From Callorhinchus milii (taxonomy: Eukaryota): a DNA stretch of 64,000 bases. Each line of letters opens with the position of its first letter. Positions within the stretch are counted from its first letter, which is position 1. Made by a program: the position numbers and the translations under genes. The notes beneath the pieces were generated by a model that ran no database searches, was not told where the DNA came from, and worked only from the letters and a program-made list of their open reading frames with translations. This document shows, piece by piece, positions 1 to 13,400 of this stretch. Location: positions 1,302,001 to 1,366,000 of the forward strand of contig NW_024704772.1 in the NCBI RefSeq assembly GCF_018977255.1, given 5' to 3'.

Positions 1-144
1 AACAGAACAGCTGAGTCTGCACTGCGACAAGCACTAATTCAGAAGTGCGTGATAGGAATGAGGCGAGAGAATTTCAAGTGTGAAATTACATTGTTTAAAT
101 TCTTAATTTAAGTATTTTAGTATTAGGAAAGAGGCAATAATTAA

Positions 145-270
145 AAGGCAAAATACTGCAGAGAAATAAAAATAAAAGTTGCTGGGAACACTCAGCAGAT
201 CAGCCAGCATCCATGGAGAGAGGAAAGTGGGTTCACGTTTCAGGTCAATGACCTTTTGTCAGAACTGGGG
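145..270 (-). mobile_element. Penelope-like (PLE) terminal-repeat fragment, degenerate hammerhead core
   Basis: Same family as 4261-4465 and 24626-25050 (aaatactgca...ctcagcag..cagcatc.atggaga...gtttc.ggtc..tgacc...tcagaactgg). The minus-strand core reads CTGACAAAAGGTC...GACCTGAAAC, with G8 lost. Confidence 0.6.
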
Positions 271-3200
271 GATATTGGAGTGGATCGGTTTTATGAGAAC
301 AAATAGAGAAAGGAGTGCGGAAAGAAACACTGAGGAAAAGGATAAGGTGGAGGACAGGCGTGTAGAACCCTGAGAACCCCGACGACTGATAAGCGTTCAT
401 AACCGTGAGGACCAAGGCTAACTGAATCAAGTAGCTTTTATTGAGAATATATAATTTCTTTAAAGCAATCTCAAAGAGTAAGGATAACATTCTCAAAATT
501 CTTTCAAATAAAATTGTTGGGTCAACCAGCTATTTGCCTCATTTGTGGTATGCTCGATTTCAAATAATCTCAACTTCTCTTGCAGAACCTTGCCAAGCAG
601 AGAGAGAGGGAGAGAGAGAGAGAGAGAGAAAGACGGAGATCAGAAACAAAAGTTAATAGCTATTCCAGCACCAGTACAATCAATTAAAGCTGTCTTGCCA
701 GTGTGAACACACAGACACACCAAAAAGACACGCCATCACATCTATCCTGGTATCAGAGCTGGAAATTTGGAATCCTGCCAGGAATCTGGGTACCCAGATA
801 TTGAAGTTGAGCTTCTCTCAGTCTTGTTATGATATTTTTAGAAATTCCCTTTTCACCTGAGGACATTGGTGTTTAACAAAGACTATCCTGGAAAGACCGA
901 TATATCGCTAGCAATGTTTAATACTAATCACCACCATGAACAGGGCTTCTATTGCTGTTCCTTGGAGATCCGAGTTCTGGACAAATCTAAAATTTCTTCA
1001 CCTAAACATGGTTAAGGAGGAAACCTGCCATTACCTCCAATACCTTCCTCAACCTTTCAACTCAACTCACTGAACTATTACACAACCTGTGCGTATGATT
1101 CGACCCTCAGCTCTCTTTCCTCCCTCATATTCGATCTTGTTTTTCTGCATCTTCACCACATCGCCCGCCTGACATCGCTGATCACAATTATTTTCCTAAA
1201 AATCGAGCAATTCTGGAAAAAAGAAAATTGAGGAATTCATATTTTCAGCTTTAATAAGAAACAAATCCTCTAATATTGTTGCTTTAACTTGATTCACTTC
1301 ACTTCTTTAGGCTGGAAATAACATTTGAGAACCAAAATTTTTATTCGGAGCTCTTGATACATAAAACGTCTGAGGACCTCAGAGTGTCCTTCAAATTTCC
1401 CCAGTTAGAATCTGACAGTTTCTGCGACAACAGATCGATATTCTGCCCTTGCATTATCCTGACCTCCAGTCACTGAGAGACAGAAAGCAAGAGATCGATG
1501 TTCCCATGAGGAGCCTTCAGCTACTGATGCTGTGTTCAGCGCTGACAGCTGTGGTCAAAGGGTAACAAATGCCCGCTTCAATTCACTCCCCAGAAATTAA
1601 ATGGGGGGGGGCTGCAAGCAGCCAACCGCAGTACATCATTGACTTTCACAGTCAACTCACAATAGGTGGTTCAATATAAAAAGTAGGTTAGGTAGAAGGT
1701 TTACAAAAAGGGCAAAAATAAAACACCTGACAGGTTTCATTAAACCTCTGATCTGAAGTATGAACCCAACAGTGTTAAGTGGAAGGTCAACAATTCCTTC
1801 CACCCCCCTTCACAACAGGATATTTACACTGAAGGACAATATCAACAGGAAAAGCAGTCAATTAAATCTCCCGCTTATTCTAGAATTACGGTTTGATTCA
1901 GAATAGCGCCCTAGAGGTGTGATCGGTAGGCATACGTTAGGATGTGAAATTGCACGGAAGGCTGTCCACTCAATAAGCTTTCAATCTTCATACAAAGCAA
2001 AAATTCTTTAACCAAATTTATATCTTCCTCCTAACCGTCACTGAAAATTATCTACATCACCGTTAAGAAAAATCCTTTTGAAGAAATAAATTAAATGACA
2101 TCTCTCCCCCTCCCACCCCTTGTCCCCTTTATGCTATGCATCATCCACGCTCGGCACGTGGGAGGACGACTCCAGCAGAAGCACTCGCTTAGCCCAGGGC
2201 AACTTCCTCTTTCCCTGTGGTAGCATTTGCCCTCTGAGATCAGCACTGTGTGGGAGCAAGGCCACGTCAATCACTCTCAGCGCAGTGCGAGGGCTCGACT
2301 TTATTTAAAATGGAAAATTTCTTTGACACATAAACATTTACGGTCTTTTAAGACGCTTCAGTTATAGAAAAAAAAACAATATTTGCAAATGAAAAAAGAT
2401 CGGCACTTTCATAGCACCTTATAACTAAATATCCAAAAGTACTTCACAGCAATTATTGAGGTTTTTTGGTAGGCGAGTATAGCAGCCATTTTGTACGCAA
2501 GTCCCAAACAGCCATGAAGTAAATGACTAGCATATTATTGGCAAGGACACTGAGAAGCTCCCTTTCCTTTTCAAGGAGTTCCATGGGATTTTTAACTTAG
2601 TTTAAGCACGCTGAAGGGATATTACCTCTGATAAAAATCTGGTCAGGACTCACTCAACTGCTATTGATCTTAGGTCCAGACATCAGGGTAGAATCCAAAC
2701 CTACTGACCCAGAGGTGGGAATCCCACCAAATCAGCCAGGTTGACCCACAACGTACGAGAGAGTTTGCAATTTGAAAGCTCTACAATACATTCAGAATTA
2801 ACAAAATTCTTGAATGGAGCATTGAGCTGAACTACTCCATCTCAAAGCCTAGCCAGCAGCTAGTCAAACCCAGCCACGGAGAATCACATTTGACAGGCTG
2901 AATTTGAACTCTGATCTTTGAGTGGGAGTCTAGTGATTTGGGAGTCCAGTGATATACTACTGAGTTTACCAATTTTCACCCACGTTTTGTAAAGAATGGT
3001 ATTTTTCAGTTTAACCATCAGGACACCTTTAATCTATTGGTAACTCAGATTATTAAAGCAGTGGGGGGGGGGGGGGGGCGGAGAAAGGAAAGAGAGAAAT
3101 GGGGGATAACATTATTGCTGCATTCACATGCCATATTTGACATTAATATTAAATATTAACCAAAAGTAGAAGCTTTCTTTGAATAGCTGGTGCAAAGCCA

Positions 3201-3914
3201 ATGTATGCCAGACTCTACTGACCGAGGTTTCAGACACCCCTTAAATTTGATTGAAACAACTGTTACACTGAATTTGAAGTTTGGGAGCTATCTTTTAAAT
3301 AGAGACATTCAGATTACAGTCGCAGAATAGATTGTTGCAACTTCAAAACACAAAAAATAGATTACAGATTAACAAGCAAGTTATTGTACTACGTTCTGCT
3401 GTATAAAGTCCAAAAAGGTAAATGAGGCGTTTCTACAAGCCAATATCGGCTTCAGTCTGGCAATCATGAGCTGGGCATGACAGTAACAGTGTGTGGAGGG
3501 GAAAGAGAATTTAATAAAGAGCAACGGTAGATGTTGGACCAGATGTTATCCTAGGAATATGAAAGAAGTTGGAAGGCCTCAGGAGAATTTTCGGAAACCG
3601 GTCACCTTTTTAGGAACCTCAGTCTCCAAGCCAGAAATGGAGCAAGCAACCTGTCCACAAGCCATCAATACTGTTCTGAAACTGACTGCTAACAGATGTG
3701 GAAAAGAGGCACGAGCCAAGTCATCCTTGGAAACTCTTTCTGCTGAGGGAGCATCTCACCACCACAATATCTGAGCCAACTTTGCAAAATCAAGGACGAT
3801 GTTCTTTAAATAATAAGGAATAATCCTCGTATTTGATGCAGTGCCTTTCCCGTTGAAGATAAACGGTCTTGATCACTCAATCCACAAAGACCTCATTCCC
3901 CGCTTTTGATCAAG

Positions 3915-4165
3915 GATTATTACCTAGCAGTAAGTAGGAAACCGATTGTTAAGTCAATTGGCGGATCACTTTCCTGGGGTAATAATCTCCCAAAAAACAA
4001 TAATAATTTCGCCATTCAATCCACAACAGCTTGTGGGACACTGCTGAGCGCAGTTGGCTGTTGCGTTTCGCACACAAAGTATACAGTCAATCCACTTTAC
4101 AATATATTCTGTGAAGTGCTTTGAAACATCTCAAACAAAAAATAATTTTAAAATAAATAAAAATT
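3915..4165 (+). mobile_element. 5'-truncated tRNA/CORE-type SINE with L2-like tail
   Basis: Body (tacctagcagtaagtaggaacc...gggacactgctg...ctgtgaagtgctttga) matches the full-length copies at 40127 and 43031. Confidence 0.75.
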
Positions 4166-4255
4166 TTAAGTTGCAAATATGAATCCTTAGTCTAACATCC
4201 AGCAGTTTCATCCCTCAAATAATTCATCGGGGTCCCAAAGATTGAAAAACACATA

Positions 4256-4465
4256 CAATAAAACACAAAATACTGCAGGTGCTGGAAATCTGAAACAAAA
4301 ACAGAGAGAGCTGGGAAAACTGAGCAGGTCAGGCAGCATCTATGGAGAAAGGAAAGTGAGTCAACATTTCGGGTCCACGACCCTTCGTCAGACTTGACTC
4401 ACCTTTCCTTTCTCCATGGATGCTGCCTGACCTGCTGAGTATTCCCAGCTCTCTCTGTTTTTGTT
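4256..4465. mobile_element. Penelope-like fold-back insertion with 15-bp target-site duplication
   Basis: Inverted arms of about 70 bp (4294-4364 / 4394-4465). ATTGAAAAACACATA is duplicated at 4241-4255 and 4466-4480. A hammerhead-like core lies in the loop on the minus strand. Confidence 0.75.
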
Positions 4466-7400
4466 ATTGAAAAACACATAACAGAATTCAATCAATACCA
4501 GCCAGCAGCATAGAAATTATTTACTAGCTTTCACAAATTGCAACACTCTTAAATGAGTACACAGAATCCTATAATACAGAAGTACAAATGGCCTTAAGCA
4601 CTGACAACAAGTTGTAAAATATGCTAAAGATGCTTAATTTTAGGAACTAATGGACCTTCATTTGAAATTGACGTCACACCTCACTCGTCAAGATCTGGTA
4701 GGGAAGGTAGGTAGGGAAGTCCTATTTATTATTGATGAGCTTCCTTCAAAAGCTGATTTAATGAAGCGGTTACTGAAAACAGCATCGGTGAGCAGGTAAA
4801 GACCCGACTCTGGAAGAGAAGAGTCTCACCAGATCAGGTTGACCTCCTCTGCAGATTTTATAGGAATCAGCACAGCAACAAAACTCTGAAGCCAATTGCT
4901 GAATCATGGCTTTTATCAGCCATAGATTTACATTGTGCAACGCTAGACTTAAAATGTAAACTAATAAATATTGTGTGTTTTACACACTACTCTGACTACA
5001 ATCCAGTCCTTGCTTTCACCAAAAAATTAATGCTATAAATTTGTTTGTCCTATTAGTTTCCGTAATATGTCACTAATTCATTTGGGCTAGTAATAATAAT
5101 CCTTGCATTTGATATAGCACCTTATAACGTCTTCAAGACGCCTCCAAGCGCTTCACAGGATATACTATAAAGTGAATTGATTTATAATAAAACTATTTGC
5201 AGATTACCGACCTCACTCATCAATCTCCCTGCGTGAAGGACTCTATAATAATGTAGTTGTTTAGCTACAGCAAAAAAGAATAGCAATAAGTGACCAAATG
5301 TGAAGTCATGCAAGGAGTCTCTAATCACTCCACAGTAAAATTCTGGATATTGTTTTCCAAATGTTTAACTTGGGCAGTGAAAGAGTCAGTGAAGAACAAA
5401 GCAGCAAATCAATCGAGTTAAAATAAATGAAAGCCAAATGTAATTTGTGCTTAATCCGCTCAGATCAAGACATAAAAGGCCATCAAAACACAGACAGAGA
5501 ACTGGATGAGCCAGGATTTAATAACAGCCTAATACACTCAAACGCCCCCGCTAGAACACAAACAAAAGGCCTGAACAAAAAGCAAGCGACTCCTCCACAC
5601 TCCTCCATATGGGCCATGCATCAGCGATCGCAATCAGACCAATAACAGTGCTTTATCACACAAGGCCGAGAGCGATCGTGTAGTTCAAATGGCAGGTGAG
5701 GCGTGGCGACCCTGGCAAATCACATTTCTATTGCTATTTCTCTGGAGTGTTGTGTAGTGATCAAGCAAGTCACGTTACAATATGTAGGGGAGTAAAATAA
5801 AATTGAATTCTCTCTCTCGCTCCCTCCCTGAAAACTCTGATGCTCCTGCCTTAAGGTTTTCAAACCGACCTTGTATTTTTCCAGGAAACAGCAACAAGAC
5901 TAAGATTTCTGAAGGGAGCTCACCATCTTAGTAAGATCAATGGGGAATCAATGATTACTATCTTGCATTTTCCCTTATTGATATTTTTTATATACTGCTG
6001 ATGACTTAAGGGAACCATTGAGAGCAGTTACTGAACCAGACAGCATGTGGGAGCTGAAATAGCAATTAGCCTAGGTGTTCCAGCTATCACATTGCGTTGT
6101 GTTAATTTATTCATAAAGTTGTAAATCCTTCCAGACAATGACAGAAAAACAAAACTATCTTCCCTCCAGATATGCCTTCTATAGTGATAAAGCATAAACC
6201 ACATCGACGGTTTTGCTTTCAGTCACCTCTAGAACAAACTGTGGTCAATGTGAACTATAAGATGAGTCAGCAAAGACATCCTTTTTATTAAGGATTATTA
6301 TTATTGCCATTGGCCAACGTAAGATGAGTGAACAACAAACATTGGCATGCAGGAAACTATCAAACTGACTTTCTGCAAGTGTGTCCAGGAGGATTAACAA
6401 AACCTAGAAATCCGAGTTAAAAGTTTGTTCCAATTTTCACATGGCCTGACCTCCAGTTGAATCCATCAGATTCATCAATATTGTACTTAGTATTAAAAAG
6501 CAATGGATTGTTAAAGTTTAAAAACTTCCTTTTCTGTATTATTTTCCTCCTCGCACACAAAATACAGTCAATTCACTTTACTCTCTTCCCATTTCCAGGT
6601 TTCGGCTGAAGACCTTTCTTTTCGACTACGCCTTTGGTCACCTTCCTCCCCCTCCCCCTGGCTCGGCCTCGGGATCCGTTACTGTGAAACGCTCTGAGAC
6701 GCCGTCGGATGTGGAGGGCGCTAAATAAATACAAGTTATTATTACAGTATATTCTGTGAAGTGCTTTGAGACTTTGAATACATGATAAGGCGCTATATTA
6801 AATGCAAGGATTATTATATTGGCTCCTTATACTGCGCAAAAACAACAAAAAATTACATTTGTATAGCGCCTTTCAAGTCAAGAGAGAGTGCAATGTAGTG
6901 ACTGTATTTGTAGGCAAATATAGAGTAACTTCAAGCTGAGATGCACAAAGGAGCACAACTCCTGGCTGATTTTCCCCAGCCCTTATTAGCTCAGGGTTCC
7001 CAAACCAAACTGCATGCCTCCACTCCCACTGTGGCTGAAGTGAGCAAATGAGATTTCTGGACCGCAAGGTTCAAAGCCACACCGTACCGTTTATTTACCA
7101 CTGACCCCAAACTAGTTTAATACACAATCGTTTTCCAATTTTAATAATGCCCCACGCACTCTTCTAAAAGGTTGTTGAGAGGGCTCAGATGTGCCTAGTG
7201 TAAAATTTGATAAGAATACAAAAAAATCATCCAGGGCTCACTTCATACCATAACCAATTCAAAAGCAATTAGGTATAGGTATATATACACACACATATAT
7301 ATAATATATAAAAATAAAAAATATTTAGGACACATGAAGCATTCATATACTCAAGGCTTACAGAGATCCAGCAATACAAACAGAGCAGCTCTACTCGTTA

Positions 7401-10400
7401 AACTATACAGGGGAATATGTTGCATCACCCTTCAATATCAAACAGTCTGCCTTTACAGTCCACTGTAGACCCTAGTGCCTCTGGGACTGTTGATATCATC
7501 TTTTGTGTCCTGCGCACATTGTACAAGAAGTGCCATTAATATCACTAGTTCTGTGAAGTGATGGCAGCAACAACATGGAATAAGTTCTTATTTTGCGCTC
7601 ATTTATAATCCAGCCACTAGACACGAACACAGTCATTCTGTACATGGTAAACTTTAATCATGTGGCCGCCTCAGATACAAGGACTACTCGCTACTCGGCC
7701 ACTCCCCCCACCACAGTATTTTTAGAGTGATCAAAATTCCCCAAAATTCACACAAATAAGACTTCACAAGTAATGATAAAATAGATCAGTCTATTGAGTG
7801 CCCTAACAGTGAGTTTCTACTGTACTGAATCCAAACTGCAGGACTGTGTCCCGTAAAGGACACGAGGTGCCTGCACCTTTTCATCCTCCATTTTGTACAA
7901 TACTGCAGCTTGTACATATTGTAGGGCATACAACATGTGAGGAATGCGATGACATCAACCATGCTTCCTTCCTGGAATTCTATGCCTTATGCACTCCTTC
8001 ACCCATAATTACAGTTGCTTCAGTGACCTGTATCAACTGCATTTCCTTTGCATTTTGACCAAATGATACTTTGACGGACATTTGGATCTAACAAGTAAAC
8101 ACTTTTGAAATGGGCAGAGCGTATTTTACAGAGATTTCTCCAGCTGGCCTACAGAAGTTTGTCGTTAAATAACTATTAAAAATTAAACGACAAGGCAACA
8201 TAACCCACACACCTTGCATTCAGGCTCAACATGCCAAACTTAGAGGAGAAGTGCGTCCCAAATATTCAATCATGACTTAAGTTTTCAGGGCGGAAGATAT
8301 TATAACCATCTGACTCATCTGTTTGATGATTCATGACCTGAGTTTCTTTTCCTCTGCTCTAGAAATTAAATAGTTAACCACCCCTTGCCAGGATATGCAA
8401 GAAATAAACTACAGGAATAAACTATGGGAAGAGGGCAGGCAAATAGGACTGAAAGGATTGCTCTTAAATGAGCACAGAAAGCATGGGCCAAATGGCTGTC
8501 TTCTGTGCTGTAAATTTCTATTATTCTATGCATAAAGTTAATTGGTAGATGGGAACACTGAAACAGGGGGAGGGAGAAAGAAAAATAATCCTTGCAGAAA
8601 GTTAGATACATGCACTTTTCTGTAATGCTGCAAGTGAAGACAAAGCAAAACTTTGAATGTGAAGAAATGGGAAACAGCTTGAGAGATAAATACATAAAAA
8701 GCCAAAACCCGCCAGTGGGAATTTCAGTCCGCCAGACAATAGCAACAGTTTCACTCCTTGACTTTACATAACATAACGATGGATGAAGTGCGCTTTGACT
8801 TGGGGATGTGTAGAACATTGGTGAAATCCTCGTGATGTGGCCGTTTCTGAATGTTGATTTAGCCTAAGGCAGGGTGTAATTAGAGACATTTGATCTAACT
8901 CAGCACAGGAAGTAGTCAGGCCTCAGAACAGGGCTGGAACACTGACAACCTTTGTGCTCAGGCTCTATTCTGGGAGCATCTGGAATCAATTAAATGGAGT
9001 GACTCACGAGCACTTGAAACCATAATTCACTCTTTAAATACTAATGAACATTTCATACCTCTGCAGCAACAACCTTCTGGAGGCTCTTTCTTTCACAAAA
9101 GAATATTTGTACACAGTGGTTAATTCTAGCGATTAGGCCATCTACGAAAGACCAACTCACAAGATGAACCACGAGACCATCAAAATAAAGCAGCAGTTTA
9201 TTTTTCTTCTAAATGTCACTAAAAACAGATATGATTATATAAACAGCCAACAGTAGAATAAATGATTGAAAACAGAATTTATCCCATGACCCCCAACGAC
9301 CTGAGATCACAGCAGTGTCCTAACTTGCCTACAGGCTACCAAAGATATTGCATTTTCAATAAAAAACTGACTCATCCAACGCAGTCTATAAAGATGTCAA
9401 ATGAAACCCATCTACACCACCAACTATCAATGACTTCTCACATCCTTTGGAAGCAAGCAACTGTTTTTTAGGCATTTCCCAGGAAACAATTTCCCCCTTC
9501 CTGTCAATATCTCCCCTATTCTCCTGAAGCTACTGACTTATGCTGGGATTTAGCTCCATGCACATAACTTAAGAGGCTGTTCTTCATATGTGAACCTTGA
9601 CAAGAGCATTGGCAAGCTATTTGAACACAGGAGGCATCAGAGCTGAATCATAGGTAATAATCAATGCCTACTACTTAATAACTAAAGCAATTGAGCAGTT
9701 AACTCCAGTAAAAGGTTGAACAACAGAACTTGGGAATAATTGCCAATCATTTCTTTTTGGTTACCCGCACAGCTTGACCGAGGTGAGAAGGAGAAACATG
9801 ATGAAGATGGTTTCTGTGATGGACATCCAATAAGTTTCCCTTATTTAATCACTGGCAAAATATGTAATGATTTACAAAATCTCTCAAACTAAAATGCTAG
9901 GTTTGCTGCTAGTTCGTATTCTACAATTTGAGCTCTTAGAACATCAAAATTCAAAGATAGTAGTGATTGCTGTCAGATGAGTAAGTAAAATAAATGCTTT
10001 CTGAAACTTCACTTTACCCCAGAGGGTGAAATTTAAAGATTAATATAAATACAGTTCTTTGTTCTATGTTTTAGAACTGCTGGAAGCAGAAGTGTTTGCA
10101 CCCAAAACTCGAGACATTTACTGAAGTTGTTATAACTCATTTCAGATAATTATGGATACATTCATCTAACATATTAGTACACAAACTACAATAATATGAT
10201 TTTTTTTACAAAGGACCTATCTTCCATTGACACTATACTTTAAAAATAAGTTCTCCTTCTGTAGGCTGCGTTTGAAAGTTTTTTTTAAAAAAAAGCACAG
10301 CTGGCGGAGGCACTAAATGGTCAGAGGCCCCAGGGAGAACATATGGCCGCCATCTCACTCTCCAAACAAAGTCAATATGTTTTCATTAGAAATTCTTGGT

Positions 10401-13400
10401 TTCTTAAAGGACCGTGGTAACATTACTCTTAATCTGTTGCACATGTTTGTGCTGGACTTCATGACACTGCATATATTTGCTAAAAATCAAACCCACAGAG
10501 ATACTGTAATACAACAAAGTCCTTTTGAGACTTGAACAGGTTTGTAATTCAGATCTTGTAGTCATTTAACAAAACCATTTAGTGAACTGGAAATATTTTA
10601 GTATAAATGCCAATTTCTAAAGAATATTTACATGCTCTTGAGCAAATATAAAGTATACTATGTGTATGGAGTCACAACAAAATCTGGTTATGGTATTATT
10701 TGGCTTTGGTCTGGTAATACTTATTGGATAAAGGGCGTTATCTCGTCTTCGAGACGTCTCAAAGTGCTTCACAGAATATACTGCAACGTGAATATTTTGT
10801 GGGTGATATGGAATAAATTTACATAAAAATGTACAACTGTAATTTCACAAGTCTTAAATAGGATGACAGATAACACCTGAAGATAAGATTAGACATTCAG
10901 TCTTGTTCTCTCATCATTAAGCTAACCCCAACATTAGTATAACGGATATGGCTGCAACTTCACTCTTTTTTCAATTGTCTGGTGTCCTTTGTATAATGTA
11001 ATGGTGGAATAATCCATTGAGTTGTCAAATATAAACAAGAAAACACCTATAATTCCATTGTTAAATATGATTCAAGAAGTTGTAGAGAAACATGAGGTAT
11101 AAATTTGGAAGACTGGGTGGATCCTTCCAGCACAATAACATATTGATAGACTGTTCACAGGACACCATCGTGAAGCATGATTTGCCTTCTCAATATCTAC
11201 ATTGCAGATGTAGTTCTGAAAGTACTTCTGTAGATGTGGTCGCTGGCATGTGATAGAATACACACCAATGTATACATTCAGCTGCAAGATGCTCCAGAAT
11301 AGCACACAAAAAACTGTGCCAACATGCGGCTTCTTCACTGATGGAAAAGGCAATTAATTGAGCTCTCTCCAATCATCTGGAGACCATTACAAGCTGAGAA
11401 TCTTTCATAGAGCACTGTTGCCACGTGGAGCAGAATTCTCCCAACTGCGTCTATGCATAGGGTTTTATTATGTTACTTCAGAATTGTGCAACATTCACAT
11501 TCTACAGGATATTCCCTCCAATGGTTTCACTACCCGGGAGGTAGAAAGGCTTTTACATCATTTATTTGGCACTGCTAATCTATTCAGCTCAATTTAGAGA
11601 TGTACCACCACATGGCCAGTGTCAAAGTAGCACTTACTTAGACAAAACTACATTACACAGATTTTTCCTTTTCTTCAGATATTCCAAAATCAGGAAATAA
11701 ATGCCATGGTAATGTACCTAACGCCCAATGCCATTCTTCCTTGCCTTTGGTTTCAAATTCCTGGAACCACTTTAATGATAACTATAATGTAAATAGTCAA
11801 AGCTCTTTCTTCACTTAGCAGTAGAAAAGGTTTCATCCTAAGAAATTTTGGGCACAAATAAATGTAATAATTCCACTTATTTTGTTAAAAAAAACATTAG
11901 TCCCAAATTGGTTGAATAAATGCCAACAGAGATTTAGGTCAATGGGAGAGCTAAACCATAAAATAAAAGATTGTCAGGCAACACTGCTTTAAAGCAAGTT
12001 TGGCTGCTGATCCTGGGAATACTTTTCCTCATGGCTAATGAAAAAACGTCTCTGACCTCCCCCCAATCATTCTCCATGACTTCCAGACTCTGAATGGATT
12101 AACAAATTCCAGCTCTGACATAAAAAACACAATCCGCCCACACTTCACTTCCTGCTTCGCAGCAGTTTAGAAATCAGACTCCCACAGGTCTTTGGGCCTC
12201 AATCCTCAACCACTGCTTTTGCAGGAATGTTATATAAAAGAACAGATAATCCACGAGAAAGCTTTGTATATAGTGACTAATCAACAGCAAATAATTATAA
12301 ACAGCAAATTCATGTACAGAGCTGAAAAAAACAGCAGACTCCAAACGAAATAAGCAGCCACACTCATTGATGTAATATTTTAATTAGTCTTTGGAGACGC
12401 GTGCTTGCTGAAGATTTTATTATAGAAAGTTTCACATCTTTCACAACAATATCTGCATCCTTAAAACGTAGAAAATTCAGGCACATGTTTACATTTTCAG
12501 ACTTCCTTCGCCTGGTTCCAGTGAAGTTGTTAGAACAAATGGGGCACCTTTTCAGCAATTTGCATTTATATAGCCACTTCACGCAGGATAGCGCTCGGAG
12601 TCATGTTTAAAACACAGCCGTTGATAATTTTTCTGCATCACAAAGTAAATATCATGGAATCTATCAACAGTTTGATCCTTAAAAAAAAGGAGTAACTATC
12701 AATGGAGTTAATCAGCAAAGTCTACTTTAGTTCAGCAAACAGAAAGCCCAATCAGGATTGAATCCAGACTAAACTGATGGAATGAGTGTGTTTTGGGATG
12801 TCTTATACTCCAGATATGCTACACCTTGGTCACTGGAACATATAGTACAAGTTTTCCGAACACGCTAAGACATGAATAAAAAGTGACTTTTGTAGGCATC
12901 AGTTATGTGCAATGAGATACAGATATTTCAGCTCAAGTGGGTAAACACAGAAAAGCCCTTTTATAATGCAGTAGTTGGGGTGGTGTGGGGGGGGGTTAGG
13001 GTTAGGGGGGAATAAAATGACAGCCAGATTTATAACAGGGTTAGATCAACATTCAGCATTTTCTTCATGATATCACTGTGCATGCACACAGAAAACAGGA
13101 ACAACTTAGTAACCACAATTATAAGAAGTGTGCTTCCCCAAAATGCGTTATTGCCTTCAACAGAATTAAGGGAGAAAAACTGAGAATGCACATTGAATTC
13201 TAGAAGATCCAAATAAGATTAGTCAATTTGTTTTTAAATGTTACCCTGTTTAGAAAATGATATTCTTAGATGCAGTTGAAAGACATTCTGTAAAGCCACA
13301 GTAAAAACAAACTGTATATATCACACAGACTAGAAGACACCAATAATTGTCCCACCCGACCCGATCCAAATATAGTACACTCAGAAACCTCTGGGAACAA

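Noticed and set aside
11072-11600. ORF fragments with faint hAT-transposase-like MPATTSTE
   Set aside because: Similarity too weak and no TIRs seen; needs a translated repeat search.
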